The notes below the pieces were generated by a model. The model was not told the DNA's origin. It saw only the letters and a list, made by a program, of their open reading frames with translations, and ran no database searches. From Bacteroidia bacterium (lineage in GTDB: Bacteria; Bacteroidota; Bacteroidia; 2-12-FULL-35-15): a DNA stretch of 64,000 nt. The position numbers were made by a program, and so were the translations under genes. Below, in pieces: positions 40,701 through 49,885 of the stretch; within the stretch, counting starts at the first letter, position 1; every line of letters starts with the position of its first letter. The DNA is taken from NCBI GenBank assembly GCA_030654175.1, contig JAURXZ010000030.1, positions 653,510 to 717,509 of the forward strand, written 5' to 3'.

Positions 40701-41198
40701 GCCACCGGCAGCAGCTTTTAGCATTACCGGGAAACCAATTTTTTTCGCTTCCGCTAATGCTATCTCCGCTGTAATAAGATCTTGTTTACTGTCTTCAATA
40801 ATAGGAACACCCGCTTCTATCGCCACTTTTTTTGCTGCGATCTTATCGCCCAACTGTTCCATGATTTCAGGATCAGGACCAACAAAAACAATTCCCTCTT
40901 CACGGCAGCGTTTTGCAAACGTTACATTCTCCGATAAAAAACCATAACCCGGATGGATCATATCAATACCCTCTCTTTTTGCAACGCGGATTATTTCCTC
41001 AATATCCAGATAAGGTTTTAAAGGCTCGTTCTCTTTACCGATGATGTAGGATTCGTCCGCTTTATAGCGATGTAAGGAATACCTGTCCTCATAGGTATAT
41101 ATTGCAACGGTTTTTATTTTTAATTCAGACGCAGCCCTTAACACTCTAATGGCAATTTCTCCACGATTTGCAACAAGCAGTTTTTTAATTTTATCCAT
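37758..41198 (-). CDS. pyc: Pyruvate carboxylase (biotin carboxylase + carboxyltransferase + biotinyl domains)
   Basis: 1146 aa. N-terminal KKLLVANRGEIAIRVLRA (biotin carboxylase), central TIM-barrel CT region, C-terminal biotinylation motif EAMKMET. Confidence 0.9.
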   Translation of the reverse strand: MDKIKKLLVANRGEIAIRVLRAASELKIKTVAIYTYEDRYSLHRYKADESYIIGKENEPLKPYLDIEEIIRVAKREGIDMIHPGYGFLSENVTFAKRCREEGIVFVGPDPEIMEQLGDKIAAKKVAIEAGVPIIEDSKQDLITAEIALAEAKKIGFPVMLKAAAGGGGRGMRIIRNEEDLEKSYNEARREAKNAFGDDTVFLEKFIDKPKHIEVQILGDKHGNIVHLFERDCSIQRRFQKVVEIAPAPNLKQETKNKLYEYALRLAKKVGYNNAGTVEFLVDTQENVYFIEVNPRIQVEHTVTEEITGIDIVRSQILIASGHSLKSSGIFINSQEEIKCNGFAIQCRITTEDPQNDFKPDYGTITAYRNAGGYGIRIDEGSSYNGVKISPFFDSMLVKVTASGRTLKGASQRLHRALTEFRIRGVKTNIQFLENVINHHVFQEGNATVNFIGEHPELLHFNNGLDSGTKTLRFLADITVNGNPDVKIIDINKKFEVAKVPDFDRSHPITSGTKQLLTKLGPENFAKWLKEKKEIQYTDTTFRDAHQSLLATRVRTKDMMAVAEGFAYNHPQTFSMEVWGGATFDVALRFLHESPWKRLQLLREAIPNVLLQMLIRGSNAIGYTAYPDNLVEKFIEKSWGHGVDLFRIFDSLNWVDSMKVSINAVRERTGGLAEVCICYTGDILDKSKTKYTLQYYLDLAKQLEDAGAHIIGIKDMTGLLKPYSAELLITELKKTVDLPIHLHTHDTSSIQSATYLKAIEAGVDVIDVALASMSGLTSQPSFNSLVEGLKGTPRHQEFNMDSLNEYSNYWETIREHYYPFESGLKAGTAEVYKHEIPGGQYSNLKSQAISLGLGDKMVEIKKAYEDVNELFGDIVKVTPSSKVVGDLAQYMVSNNYSKKDILEKGDSISFPESVKSFFKGDLGQPFGGFPEHLQKLILKDEKPYTELPNAHLKPVDFEKEMIAFRQKFDNNLSFLDFLSYKFYPKVFEDYFKHFQTYGNVSPIPSLEFFYGMKNNDEIMIEISHGKNIIVKLEYVGEPDENGVRTVFFKLNGQNRAIEIKDNHIQIVKHANIKVSGANEIGAPLQGMISKIFVKAGDVVKKNAPLFTIEAMKMETTIVANQNSKIKSVQLKEGRMVDADDLVIEMEG

Positions 41199-41280
41199 AA
41201 AAAGTATAATTTTTTCGGTATTTTAATTTAATAAATGGGCGGCCAAAAATAAGAATAAAAGGGCATTGTTTTTTTTGATT

Positions 41281-42564
41281 TTAATCATTGTTTTGCGCAA
41301 CCAACTGAACTGTATATCTGCTCTTCACTTCCAATAACACTTTTTTATCCATCGTTACTCTGTCAATAGTGGCCTGATCGTAATAACGTATCGTTATTAA
41401 TTCGAGGTTTTCGTTATACAAAACACGATACTCTTTTTGTAATGTTTTTATCAGGTCGGGTAATTTATGAGCATCGTTATCTATACACACTGAAAAGCTG
41501 ATAGCAGAATTTTGCATCATATTTATTTTCACCTGTTTTTCGGCAAACAATTTATAGATAGCACTAAAATTTTCTTCTACAATAAACGAAAAATCTTTTG
41601 GCGAAATAGAGATCAATACCTGGTCTACCTTAAAAATAAAGCAAGGCAAGGGCAGTGACGATTGATCTTCATTAATAATTGTGCCTGCTTCCTTTGGATT
41701 CAAAAATGATTTTACGTACAAAGGAATTTTTTTATTTTGTAGTGGTTTTATCGTTTTTGGGTGAATAACAGTAGCCCCGTAATAAGCCAACTCTATTGCA
41801 TCGTGATAAGAAAGATGTTCAATTTTTTTTGTTTCAGCAAACCATTTAGGATCGGCATTTAAAACCCCGGGTACATCCTTCCAGATAGTAACACTCTCTG
41901 CATTGCTTGTAAATGCTATAATAGCAGCGGTATAATCAGAACCTTCACGCCCCAAAGTGGTAGTATAATTTTCGGAAGTACCACCAATGAATCCCTGGGT
42001 AACTGTGATTCCTTCGCTTGTAGCAAGGGCTTGGGAGAGGCGCTGTGTAAGTTCCCAATCCACATTGCCCTGGCGGTAAGTATTATCTGTTTGAATAAAA
42101 TCCCTCACATCCTGCCATTTACTTTTAATACCGGCTTGATTCAAGTATGCATTTACAATTTTTGTGGAAACAATTTCACCAATGCTTACGATCTGATCAT
42201 ATTCATGGTCATAACTATGAGTAGGTGATTCTTCAATTGCCCAATCCAACTCAACAAATGCATTATTAATTTCATTATATATTGGATGACCTTTGTCAGT
42301 GAACAATTGCTCTATAATATCAAAATGATACTTTTTTATTTCTTCTAAAATTGTAGTAGCATTTTCTGTTTCAGTTGTTTTATTTTCCTCCGAAAAAAAA
42401 TACGCATTGGTTAACCGTTCCAATGCATTGGTGGTTTTACCCATTGCCGACAAAACAACCACAATGTTTTGATCAGGATACTGTTTTAAAATTGTTGCAA
42501 CATTTTTTACAGCTTCTGCATCTTTAACGGACGCTCCTCCGAATTTAAATACCTTCATTTTCAA
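41281..42564 (-). CDS. lysC: Aspartate kinase
   Basis: 427 aa. N-terminal MKVFKFGGASV and the KFGGTSV-type kinase motif, with C-terminal ACT-like regulatory region. Confidence 0.85.
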   Translation of the reverse strand: MKMKVFKFGGASVKDAEAVKNVATILKQYPDQNIVVVLSAMGKTTNALERLTNAYFFSEENKTTETENATTILEEIKKYHFDIIEQLFTDKGHPIYNEINNAFVELDWAIEESPTHSYDHEYDQIVSIGEIVSTKIVNAYLNQAGIKSKWQDVRDFIQTDNTYRQGNVDWELTQRLSQALATSEGITVTQGFIGGTSENYTTTLGREGSDYTAAIIAFTSNAESVTIWKDVPGVLNADPKWFAETKKIEHLSYHDAIELAYYGATVIHPKTIKPLQNKKIPLYVKSFLNPKEAGTIINEDQSSLPLPCFIFKVDQVLISISPKDFSFIVEENFSAIYKLFAEKQVKINMMQNSAISFSVCIDNDAHKLPDLIKTLQKEYRVLYNENLELITIRYYDQATIDRVTMDKKVLLEVKSRYTVQLVAQNND

Positions 42565-42583
42565 TTATTCAATTTATTCAATT

Positions 42584-42835
42584 TTGCAGCAGGCAATTTT
42601 ATACCCGGTAATTGCAAAAAGTTAATCTCTGTTTTTTTATTGATATATTTTAAAGAAAAGTTAATTATTATCCAACACTTCTAATTTTTTGTTAATTGCT
42701 TACTTCAAAATTGTTTAATTCTATCATTTGCCTACTGCAAAATTGCTCAAATTGTAATATTTGCCTACTGTAAAATTGCTTAATTGTTTAATTGTAATAT
42801 TTGCCTACTGACCTAATGCAAAATTGCCTACTGGT
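42584..42835. repeat. Cluster of TTGCCTACTG(c/t)AAAATTGC-type short repeats between the GNAT gene and lysC
   Basis: Four direct copies (42728, 42762, 42802, 42826), including two ~40-bp tandem units aattgtaatatttgcctactg, plus an inverted imperfect copy gcagcaggcaa at 42586-42596. Confidence 0.6.
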
Positions 42836-43322
42836 AATTTAGTATTTGTTCCTTGGTCAACTTACAGTTGATCCATTCTTTATCTAAGTTTGAATTTATT
42901 TTTTCGTAAAACCGGATTGCCGGTTCATTCCATTCCAATACCTGCCATTCCAACCTCTGAACATTCTTTTCTTTCGAGACCTTTACGACTTCATCAAATA
43001 GTTTTTTCCCAACACCCTGTTTTCTGTACTGTTCGGTCACAATTATATCTTCCAGGAAAATACATTTGCCTTTCCAGGTAGAATACTTCACATAATAGAG
43101 GGAGATGCCTACAATTTCGCCCTCCACCTCAGCAACAAAAAAATAAAAAACAGGATCTTCACCAAACCCATCCCTTTCCATGTCTTCAGTGGTAACAATT
43201 ACTTCGTCAGGCGCATTTTCATATAAAGCCAACTCTTTTATTAATCCCAAAGCCGCTGACAAGTCTGATTTAACTCCTTTTCTTACTGAAATAGTCATAC
43301 GTACATGTTTTTTTAACTTCAA
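42828..43322 (-). CDS. GNAT-family N-acetyltransferase
   Basis: 164 aa with acetyl-CoA binding motif RKQGVGKKLF. Confidence 0.75.
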   Translation of the reverse strand: MKLKKHVRMTISVRKGVKSDLSAALGLIKELALYENAPDEVIVTTEDMERDGFGEDPVFYFFVAEVEGEIVGISLYYVKYSTWKGKCIFLEDIIVTEQYRKQGVGKKLFDEVVKVSKEKNVQRLEWQVLEWNEPAIRFYEKINSNLDKEWINCKLTKEQILNYQ

Positions 43323-43505
43323 CCCTCCCCATTTTCAATTGCAGATGGCTAACCGGCAGGTTCTGATGAGATAAATAACCTGTTTATTCCCTTTATCTAC
43401 TAAAGTAACAAAGATATTTAAATCTTTGAAGGACTAAGTGACATTTATCATTTTCATTATCACAAAATTAACACGACATTTGCGTAAATTCAAACAAAAA
43501 AAACA

Positions 43506-44534
43506 ATGAGCAGGGTAAAAACACTAGGACAATTTATAATTGAAAAGCAGGCTGACTTCCCATTCTCTAAAGGTGAATTATCAAGACTTTTACGTGATAT
43601 CGGAATTGCCTCAAAAATTGTGAACCGTGAAGTAAACAAAGCCGGATTAGCTGATATTTTGGGCGATGCAGGTGAAATAAATATTCAGGGCGAAAATGTA
43701 AAAAAACTGGATGTATTTGCAAACGAACAATTTATTGCTGCATTAAGCGTAGGTGGCGAATGCTGTGCTATTGCTTCTGAAGAAAATGAAGACATCATTA
43801 TTATTAATAATGAAATGTCGAAAAATGCAAAATATGTGGTGGCCATTGATCCTTTGGATGGTTCATCCAATATTGATGTAAATGTTTCTGTAGGTACTAT
43901 TTTTTCGATCTATCGCAGAACATCACTTACAGGACCGGGAACAAATGAAGACTTTTTTCAACGTGGAACCGAGCAGGTAGCAGCAGGATATGTAATTTAC
44001 GGATCTTCCTGCATGATGGTGTACACCACAGGTAAAGGGGTCAATGGCTTTACATTAGACCCTTCTATCGGAGAATTTTGTTTGTCGCACCCTAACATGC
44101 AAACCCCTAAAACCGCAACAACTTATTCTATTAACGAAGGGAACTATGTGCATTTCCCTGATGGTGTAAAAAAATATTTGAAATATTGCCAGGAAGAAGA
44201 TGATTCAACAAATCGCCCGTTCTCATCACGTTATATTGGATCGGGTGTTGCTGATATTCATCGTAACCTGATCACAGGTGGTATTTATATTTATCCAACT
44301 ACTGCAAAATCACCTAAAGGAAAATTACGTTTATTATATGAATGTAATCCTTTGGCCTTTATTATTGAACAAGCCGGAGGTAAAGCCACTGACGGATTTC
44401 GCAGGATCATGGAATTAGATATCAAGGAACTTCACCAACGTACACCCTTATTTATCGGTTCTTCTGAAATGGTTGATACAGCCTGTGCTTACATGAAAAA
44501 ATATTCAACAATGGATGCTGTGATAAATGAATAG
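43506..44534 (+). CDS. fbp: Fructose-1,6-bisphosphatase class 1
   Basis: 342 aa with FBPase I signature (LGQFIIEKQ..., [22 protein letters not shown]). Confidence 0.9.
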   Translation: MSRVKTLGQFIIEKQADFPFSKGELSRLLRDIGIASKIVNREVNKAGLADILGDAGEINIQGENVKKLDVFANEQFIAALSVGGECCAIASEENEDIIIINNEMSKNAKYVVAIDPLDGSSNIDVNVSVGTIFSIYRRTSLTGPGTNEDFFQRGTEQVAAGYVIYGSSCMMVYTTGKGVNGFTLDPSIGEFCLSHPNMQTPKTATTYSINEGNYVHFPDGVKKYLKYCQEEDDSTNRPFSSRYIGSGVADIHRNLITGGIYIYPTTAKSPKGKLRLLYECNPLAFIIEQAGGKATDGFRRIMELDIKELHQRTPLFIGSSEMVDTACAYMKKYSTMDAVINE

Positions 44535-44551
44535 ATAAATTCTACAATTTA

Positions 44552-44590
44552 GCAGTAGGCAATTATTCAATTTGAACAATTGCCTACTGC
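44552..44590 (+). terminator. 13-bp perfect hairpin gcagtaggcaatt / aattgcctactgc built from the TTGCCTACTGC repeat; candidate terminator after fbp
   Basis: Read directly 18 nt after the fbp stop. The loop is 13 nt and the downstream tract is only weakly T-rich. Confidence 0.5.
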
Positions 44591-44636
44591 CCAATTGTGA
44601 AATTGTAAAATTTATTTCTTTTAATCGTTTTTTAAT

Positions 44637-45827
44637 ATGAAAACAATTGACAATTATAATTTCAAGGGAAAAAGAGCTGTAGTTCGTGTTGATTTTAACG
44701 TGCCGCTCGATGCCCAATACAACATTACTGACGACACCAGGATCACTGCTGCTACGCCTACCATCAAAAAGATACTAAATGATGGTGGTTCTGTTATTTT
44801 AATGTCACACTTAGGAAGGCCTAAAGAGGGCCCCGAAGAAAAATTCTCGTTAAAACACATTGTACCGCATTTAAGTAAATTATTAAATACTCCTGTATCA
44901 TTTGCCCCCGACTGTATTGGTGCAGAAGCCAAATCAATGGCAAAAGCGCTTAAACCGGGTGAAGTGCTTTTATTAGAAAACCTGCGTTTTTATAAACAAG
45001 AAACAGCAGGTACAGAATCCTTTGCCCATGAACTGGCTTCACTGGGCGATGTATTTGTTAATGATGCTTTTGGCACAGCGCATCGTGCACATGCATCAAC
45101 TACTATCATTGCAAAATTTTTTCCTAACGATAAAGTGTTCGGCTATGTAATGGCCAACGAAATTGCAAACATCAATAAGGTATTGAACAAATCAGAGAAA
45201 CCATTTACTGCTATTATGGGTGGGGCAAAGGTTTCCGGTAAAATTTTAATTATTGATAAGCTACTGGATAAAATTGATAATCTTATTATCGGTGGAGGAA
45301 TGGCCTATACATTTATTAAAGCTCAAGGCGGAAAAGTGGGTAGCTCCTTAGTGGAAGAAGACAAACTGGACATTGCTTTAAAAATAATAAAAGATGCAAA
45401 AGCAAAAGGTGTAAATATTTTTATTCCCGTTGATACTGTTGCCGCTTCTGCTTTTTCAAACGATGCAAACAAACAAACTGTTGATATCAACGCCATACCT
45501 GATGGCTTTATGGGTTTAGATATTGGCCCTGAATCAGAAAAAATATTTGCTGAAGTAATTTACAATTCAAAAACTATTTTATGGAACGGCCCAATGGGTG
45601 TTTTTGAAATGGACAATTTTGAGCATGGCACCAAAGCCATTGCTGAAGCCATTGTTGTGGCCACAAAAAAAGGTGCGTATTCTTTAATTGGCGGAGGCGA
45701 TTCTGTTGCAGCTATCAATAAATATAATCTTGTGAATGATGTTAGTTATGTATCTACTGGTGGCGGGGCATTACTTGAATATATTGAAAGTGGGAATTTG
45801 CCGGGGGTACAGGCGATAGAAGAATAA
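44637..45827 (+). CDS. pgk: Phosphoglycerate kinase
   Basis: 396 aa with [15 protein letters not shown]-terminal motif and C-terminal GGGDS...STGGGA. Confidence 0.9.
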   Translation: MKTIDNYNFKGKRAVVRVDFNVPLDAQYNITDDTRITAATPTIKKILNDGGSVILMSHLGRPKEGPEEKFSLKHIVPHLSKLLNTPVSFAPDCIGAEAKSMAKALKPGEVLLLENLRFYKQETAGTESFAHELASLGDVFVNDAFGTAHRAHASTTIIAKFFPNDKVFGYVMANEIANINKVLNKSEKPFTAIMGGAKVSGKILIIDKLLDKIDNLIIGGGMAYTFIKAQGGKVGSSLVEEDKLDIALKIIKDAKAKGVNIFIPVDTVAASAFSNDANKQTVDINAIPDGFMGLDIGPESEKIFAEVIYNSKTILWNGPMGVFEMDNFEHGTKAIAEAIVVATKKGAYSLIGGGDSVAAINKYNLVNDVSYVSTGGGALLEYIESGNLPGVQAIEE

Positions 45828-45937
45828 AAGAATTGCTGATAAAGTCCAATTTGACAATTCTATAAATGGTGAATTTGATCCTATCGCCAATTTAATATCT
45901 CCTCACGCGGAATTGAGTAAGAGAATGAACTTCCAAA

Positions 45938-48900
45938 TTACCGTATTAAAGTTACAATCCCTTTATACTTATGTTTCCGATCTTTTAGATCAATCGCTTC
46001 TACAACATAAACATATACTTCAGCCTGAGCAATTTCGCCACCATGATTTGCTTTTCCATCCCAGGGTTTATCTATATCATCGGTTTTGTAAATTAAATTA
46101 CCCCAACGATCAAAAATAGTCATTTCATATTTTTTTATAAAAATGCCTCTGCCTGAAAAGCTATCATTTATTCCATCTCCATCAGGGGTAAATGCATTAG
46201 GGATATAAAATAAAAAATCGGGTTCAATAATTACGGTTTGATAAGCTGTATCCATACAATTGTATTGAGTGGATGTGATAAGTGTCACTAAGTATGTACC
46301 ACTATCTGCGTAAGTATAAGGAGCAGGGCTTAAGACAGAAGATGTATCAGAACCATCACCAAAATTCCAGTTCCAATGATCGGCTCCCGTGGATAGATCT
46401 GAAATTGAAATGACTGGATTTGTAATCGTTGTTGTTGGGGGGGTAACTGTGAAACTCGCATTTGGAGAGGGATAAACAGTAATGTAATTATTTTTAGTAA
46501 CGGTACTAACGCATCCACTGTCGGAAGTGGCTGTTAGCGTAACATTGAAATGTTCAGGTAAAAATACAGATTCAGTACCGTAACAATGGAATAGGTCCTG
46601 TGCTACTGTGGAAGAGCTTCCATCGCCAAGCGTCCACAACCACTGATCGATACTGCCCGTTGTACTATAGGAGAAATTTAAAAATAAAACACACAAGGGT
46701 TCACAGCCTATTGTATCATAACCATCAAAACGTACTATCGGATTTGGATTGACGGTAATAATTTTAACAGCTGAATCCTCACATCCGAAGTTAGAAACAA
46801 CCAACAGCTCAACAGTATAGGAACCGGAAGAAGTATAAAGGTGAGATGTGTTTTGATTTGTATTTAATGAACTGCTATCTCCAAAGTCCCATAACCAGGA
46901 TGCAATCACGTTATTGGTTGGGATAGTAGAAATATCAGTAAACTGAACATTGTTTCCATCACAAACATTTGCAGTGGAAAACTGTGCATCAGGCGGAGGA
47001 TAAACGATCACATTTTTAATAACTGTATCCGAACATCCATTGCCGGTAATTACTTTCAGAAAAACAGGATATGTTCCCGCCTGAGTATATAATTTATCGG
47101 GGCTCTGAGTGCTAGCGTCAATGCCGGTATTGTAATCAAAATCCCATTGCCAGCTGGCAATATTATCCGGAACTGCAACCGTTGAAAGATCTGTAAATTG
47201 AGTAAGCGCATTTAAACAAACACTATCAGCTTTAAAAGCTGCAAGGGGTTTAGCATAAACATCTATTGTATGAAGCACACTATCTTTGCACCCCTGCGCT
47301 GTAATAGCCATTAATTCTATATCGTAGCTACCCGGAGAGTAGGTATGTGTTGGCGAAAACGATGTATCATCAATTCCGGTAGTATGATCAAAATCCCAAC
47401 TGTAAACAGAAGCGCCTGTGGAAGTGTTTTGAAAAGCAGCTTGTAAGTAATCACAAACATTATTGACAGTAAAAGCTGCTACCGGAAGACAATAAACGTC
47501 CAAAGGTTTGGTGCTGGTAGAAGTACATCCGCTATCAGATGTTGCTGTGAGGCTGACAGTATAGGTATTGCAAACAGAATACAAATACGTAGGATTTTGT
47601 AAAATTGAACCTGCTGTCCCTTGTCCGAAAGTCCAGTTGTAAGCATCAATAGTACCGCTGTTAATAGTGCTACTATCTATAAATACGGAAGTAAGCCCAA
47701 CACATACGGCAGATGCTCCAAAGTTCACCACAGGATTAGGATTTACGTAAACAATACTACTGTCTTTTGCTACACAATTGTTTTGATCTGATACTGTTAA
47801 AATATAATTTGCGGTAATAGTTGGAGAAAAAGTTATGTTCTGAGTGGTTAAGCCTCCCGGCTGCCAACTATAATTATAAGAGCCAGTTCCGCCTGTATTT
47901 GTTGAGTTTAAGGTGCCGCTGCTTCCCTGGCAGATAGAAACGAAATTTGTAATATCTGATATTAGTTTGGTTGGTTCTGTGATAGTCACATTTTGAGTAA
48001 CCGTGCATAAATTCGAATCGGTTACCGTGCAGGTATAACTGCCTTGAATAAGCGCTGTGGCTTGTTGCGAGGTTTGAACAGGTGTGCTGTTCCAGCTATA
48101 AGAATAAGGCGGTGTGCCTCCTATGGCAATAATAGTGGCATCTCCTGTGGCATCTCCAAAACATTTAACATGATCAATAAAAACATTGTCAATACCGAGT
48201 GCCGCTGCCGGACTTGTGATCACAGTGCTGTCTTGCGATGCGCAGCCCTTTATATCCGCTACTGTTACTATATACTTTACCGGGGTCAAACCTGTTATCA
48301 CTGCGGTAGTAGATGTGTTACTCCATGCATACGTATAAGGAGCTGTTGTGCCCGAACCTGCAGCAGTTATTGCTCCGTCATTCAGGCCGAAGCAGCTTAC
48401 ATTAGTAGGATCGAGAGAAACGACAGGCAGGGGCAATATGCTGAGTGTATCATAAATAGTATCTGTGTAACAGGCATAGTGATTAATAGCAGTTACCAGG
48501 TAATCTGCTGTACTATCAAATTGCATAACCGGATTGTAAACTGAGGCTGTTCCGATCAATACATTAGGAGTTGTAAGTAATGCAAACCGCCAATCATAAC
48601 TTACTATTTTAAATGTATCCAACAATCCGAACTGTACAAATCGATTTACACAACTGTCGCTTGCAACTATTTTGTTTACTGGCCGGATCAAACTGGTAAC
48701 AATTGCGGGTAAGCCTAATGTTGATGATCGTCCACCCAAACTTTGTTGCATATCCACATATCCGCAGCCTGTACCCAATATATTCGGACTATTAATTACG
48801 CCTAAAGATGTTTGTCCATGCAAGGCAGCGTATATTTTACCATTGGCGGCAATCTGCAATGCACACATCTTATAACCTATTGCATTAGCTGTGGTTCCAA

Positions 48901-49825
48901 TGATCTGCCTGGATGCCAAAAACGCAGCATTATTTGCCACTGTTAAATCGTACTGATAAATGTTTGAGTTGTTCAATAAAGCATAATAAAGTATTTTGTT
49001 ATCAGGAGAAAATTCCTGACTGTATGAATAACCTCCGGGTGAAGAATCCGAAAACTTAGTACTCAAAACACCTGATGTATTGTTAAAATCATATACATAT
49101 ATACCATTGGGCACTGAGCCATGGGTTGCTGTAACTATCTTGCTATCAGGCGATGACTTTAATGAGCCCAAATGGGCATCCATCGCTGGACCAACAGAAC
49201 TAATAACAGGTGTATTGTTAAAACCGGCAGATGTTATGGCATAAGCATAATAATCAGGCGTTCCTACCGGCTTTCCTATTACCCAAAAATCACAATTATT
49301 GGAATGTTGTGCTACACATATTTTTTCTGTTGTAGTGGTACCATACAGATGTATGTTTTTTACTGCAGTTACGCTTCCCAGTCCGCCATTCAACGTCATA
49401 TCTACTTCAGAATAACGTACACCGTTGGGGCCACCAACATATTCAACTGTAACTATAAAATATTTATCAAAACGTTTACTTCCGTAGTTATAGGTTCCGG
49501 GGTAAGGAACTATAATAGCTGATTGAGTTGCAGAAGGATTACCAAACAAGCCTGTTCCATTGGGCATTGCCACATGATTTTTATTCCAGACAGTTATACC
49601 ATCCGTATAAAATACCAATGCGCCATTTTTGTCCGCCACAGATGCACAGCCTTCTGAAGTGCTAAGTACTCCATCGGTAAGTGGTGTTGGAGGGTCCGTG
49701 TTAAAATCAAGTCCCGCATTAACCCCAAAATACCAAATGTTGGCTTCACCCTGTGCAAAAATAGCAGATGTAAAACTTAGTATAAAAAAAGTGTAAAAAA
49801 ATAATATTTTTAATCGTGTGCCCAT
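45938..49825 (-). CDS. Giant secreted adhesin-like protein: N-terminal beta-propeller-like region, SprB repeats, PKD-like repeats, T9SS type B (gliding-motility-associated) C-terminal domain
   Basis: 1295 aa with signal peptide. SprB-repeat matches (VSCFGLNDGAITAAGSGTTAPYTYAWSN..., HVKCFGDATGDATIIAIGGTPPYSYSWNS...). C-terminus YIPNAFTPDGDGINDSF...FDRWGNLIYKTDDIDKPWDGK...YVYVV is the TIGR04131-type CTD. Confidence 0.85.
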   Translation of the reverse strand: MGTRLKILFFYTFFILSFTSAIFAQGEANIWYFGVNAGLDFNTDPPTPLTDGVLSTSEGCASVADKNGALVFYTDGITVWNKNHVAMPNGTGLFGNPSATQSAIIVPYPGTYNYGSKRFDKYFIVTVEYVGGPNGVRYSEVDMTLNGGLGSVTAVKNIHLYGTTTTEKICVAQHSNNCDFWVIGKPVGTPDYYAYAITSAGFNNTPVISSVGPAMDAHLGSLKSSPDSKIVTATHGSVPNGIYVYDFNNTSGVLSTKFSDSSPGGYSYSQEFSPDNKILYYALLNNSNIYQYDLTVANNAAFLASRQIIGTTANAIGYKMCALQIAANGKIYAALHGQTSLGVINSPNILGTGCGYVDMQQSLGGRSSTLGLPAIVTSLIRPVNKIVASDSCVNRFVQFGLLDTFKIVSYDWRFALLTTPNVLIGTASVYNPVMQFDSTADYLVTAINHYACYTDTIYDTLSILPLPVVSLDPTNVSCFGLNDGAITAAGSGTTAPYTYAWSNTSTTAVITGLTPVKYIVTVADIKGCASQDSTVITSPAAALGIDNVFIDHVKCFGDATGDATIIAIGGTPPYSYSWNSTPVQTSQQATALIQGSYTCTVTDSNLCTVTQNVTITEPTKLISDITNFVSICQGSSGTLNSTNTGGTGSYNYSWQPGGLTTQNITFSPTITANYILTVSDQNNCVAKDSSIVYVNPNPVVNFGASAVCVGLTSVFIDSSTINSGTIDAYNWTFGQGTAGSILQNPTYLYSVCNTYTVSLTATSDSGCTSTSTKPLDVYCLPVAAFTVNNVCDYLQAAFQNTSTGASVYSWDFDHTTGIDDTSFSPTHTYSPGSYDIELMAITAQGCKDSVLHTIDVYAKPLAAFKADSVCLNALTQFTDLSTVAVPDNIASWQWDFDYNTGIDASTQSPDKLYTQAGTYPVFLKVITGNGCSDTVIKNVIVYPPPDAQFSTANVCDGNNVQFTDISTIPTNNVIASWLWDFGDSSSLNTNQNTSHLYTSSGSYTVELLVVSNFGCEDSAVKIITVNPNPIVRFDGYDTIGCEPLCVLFLNFSYSTTGSIDQWLWTLGDGSSSTVAQDLFHCYGTESVFLPEHFNVTLTATSDSGCVSTVTKNNYITVYPSPNASFTVTPPTTTITNPVISISDLSTGADHWNWNFGDGSDTSSVLSPAPYTYADSGTYLVTLITSTQYNCMDTAYQTVIIEPDFLFYIPNAFTPDGDGINDSFSGRGIFIKKYEMTIFDRWGNLIYKTDDIDKPWDGKANHGGEIAQAEVYVYVVEAIDLKDRKHKYKGIVTLIR

Positions 49826-49885
49826 TACTTAGAACATTTATTAATTAACCCGTTGGTGAAGCATAAATCATACAGCAATCATGAT

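Noticed and set aside
42565-42827. Lysine riboswitch upstream of lysC
   Set aside because: Region is dominated by the TTGCCTACTG repeats and I could not recognise conserved L-box helices, so it is not claimed.
42700-42840. Possible CRISPR-like direct repeats (TTGCCTACTG)
   Set aside because: Only four short copies with variable spacing of 24-40 bp and partly tandem 40-bp units; more consistent with REP-like or regulatory repeats.
48044-48544. Antisense ORFs inside the giant T9SS/A2M/pyc genes (48044-48544, 6341-6694, 39380-39876, 57325-57588 and others in the track)
   Set aside because: Embedded opposite to long, well-supported CDSs; Cys/Arg-rich low-complexity translations typical of antisense frames.
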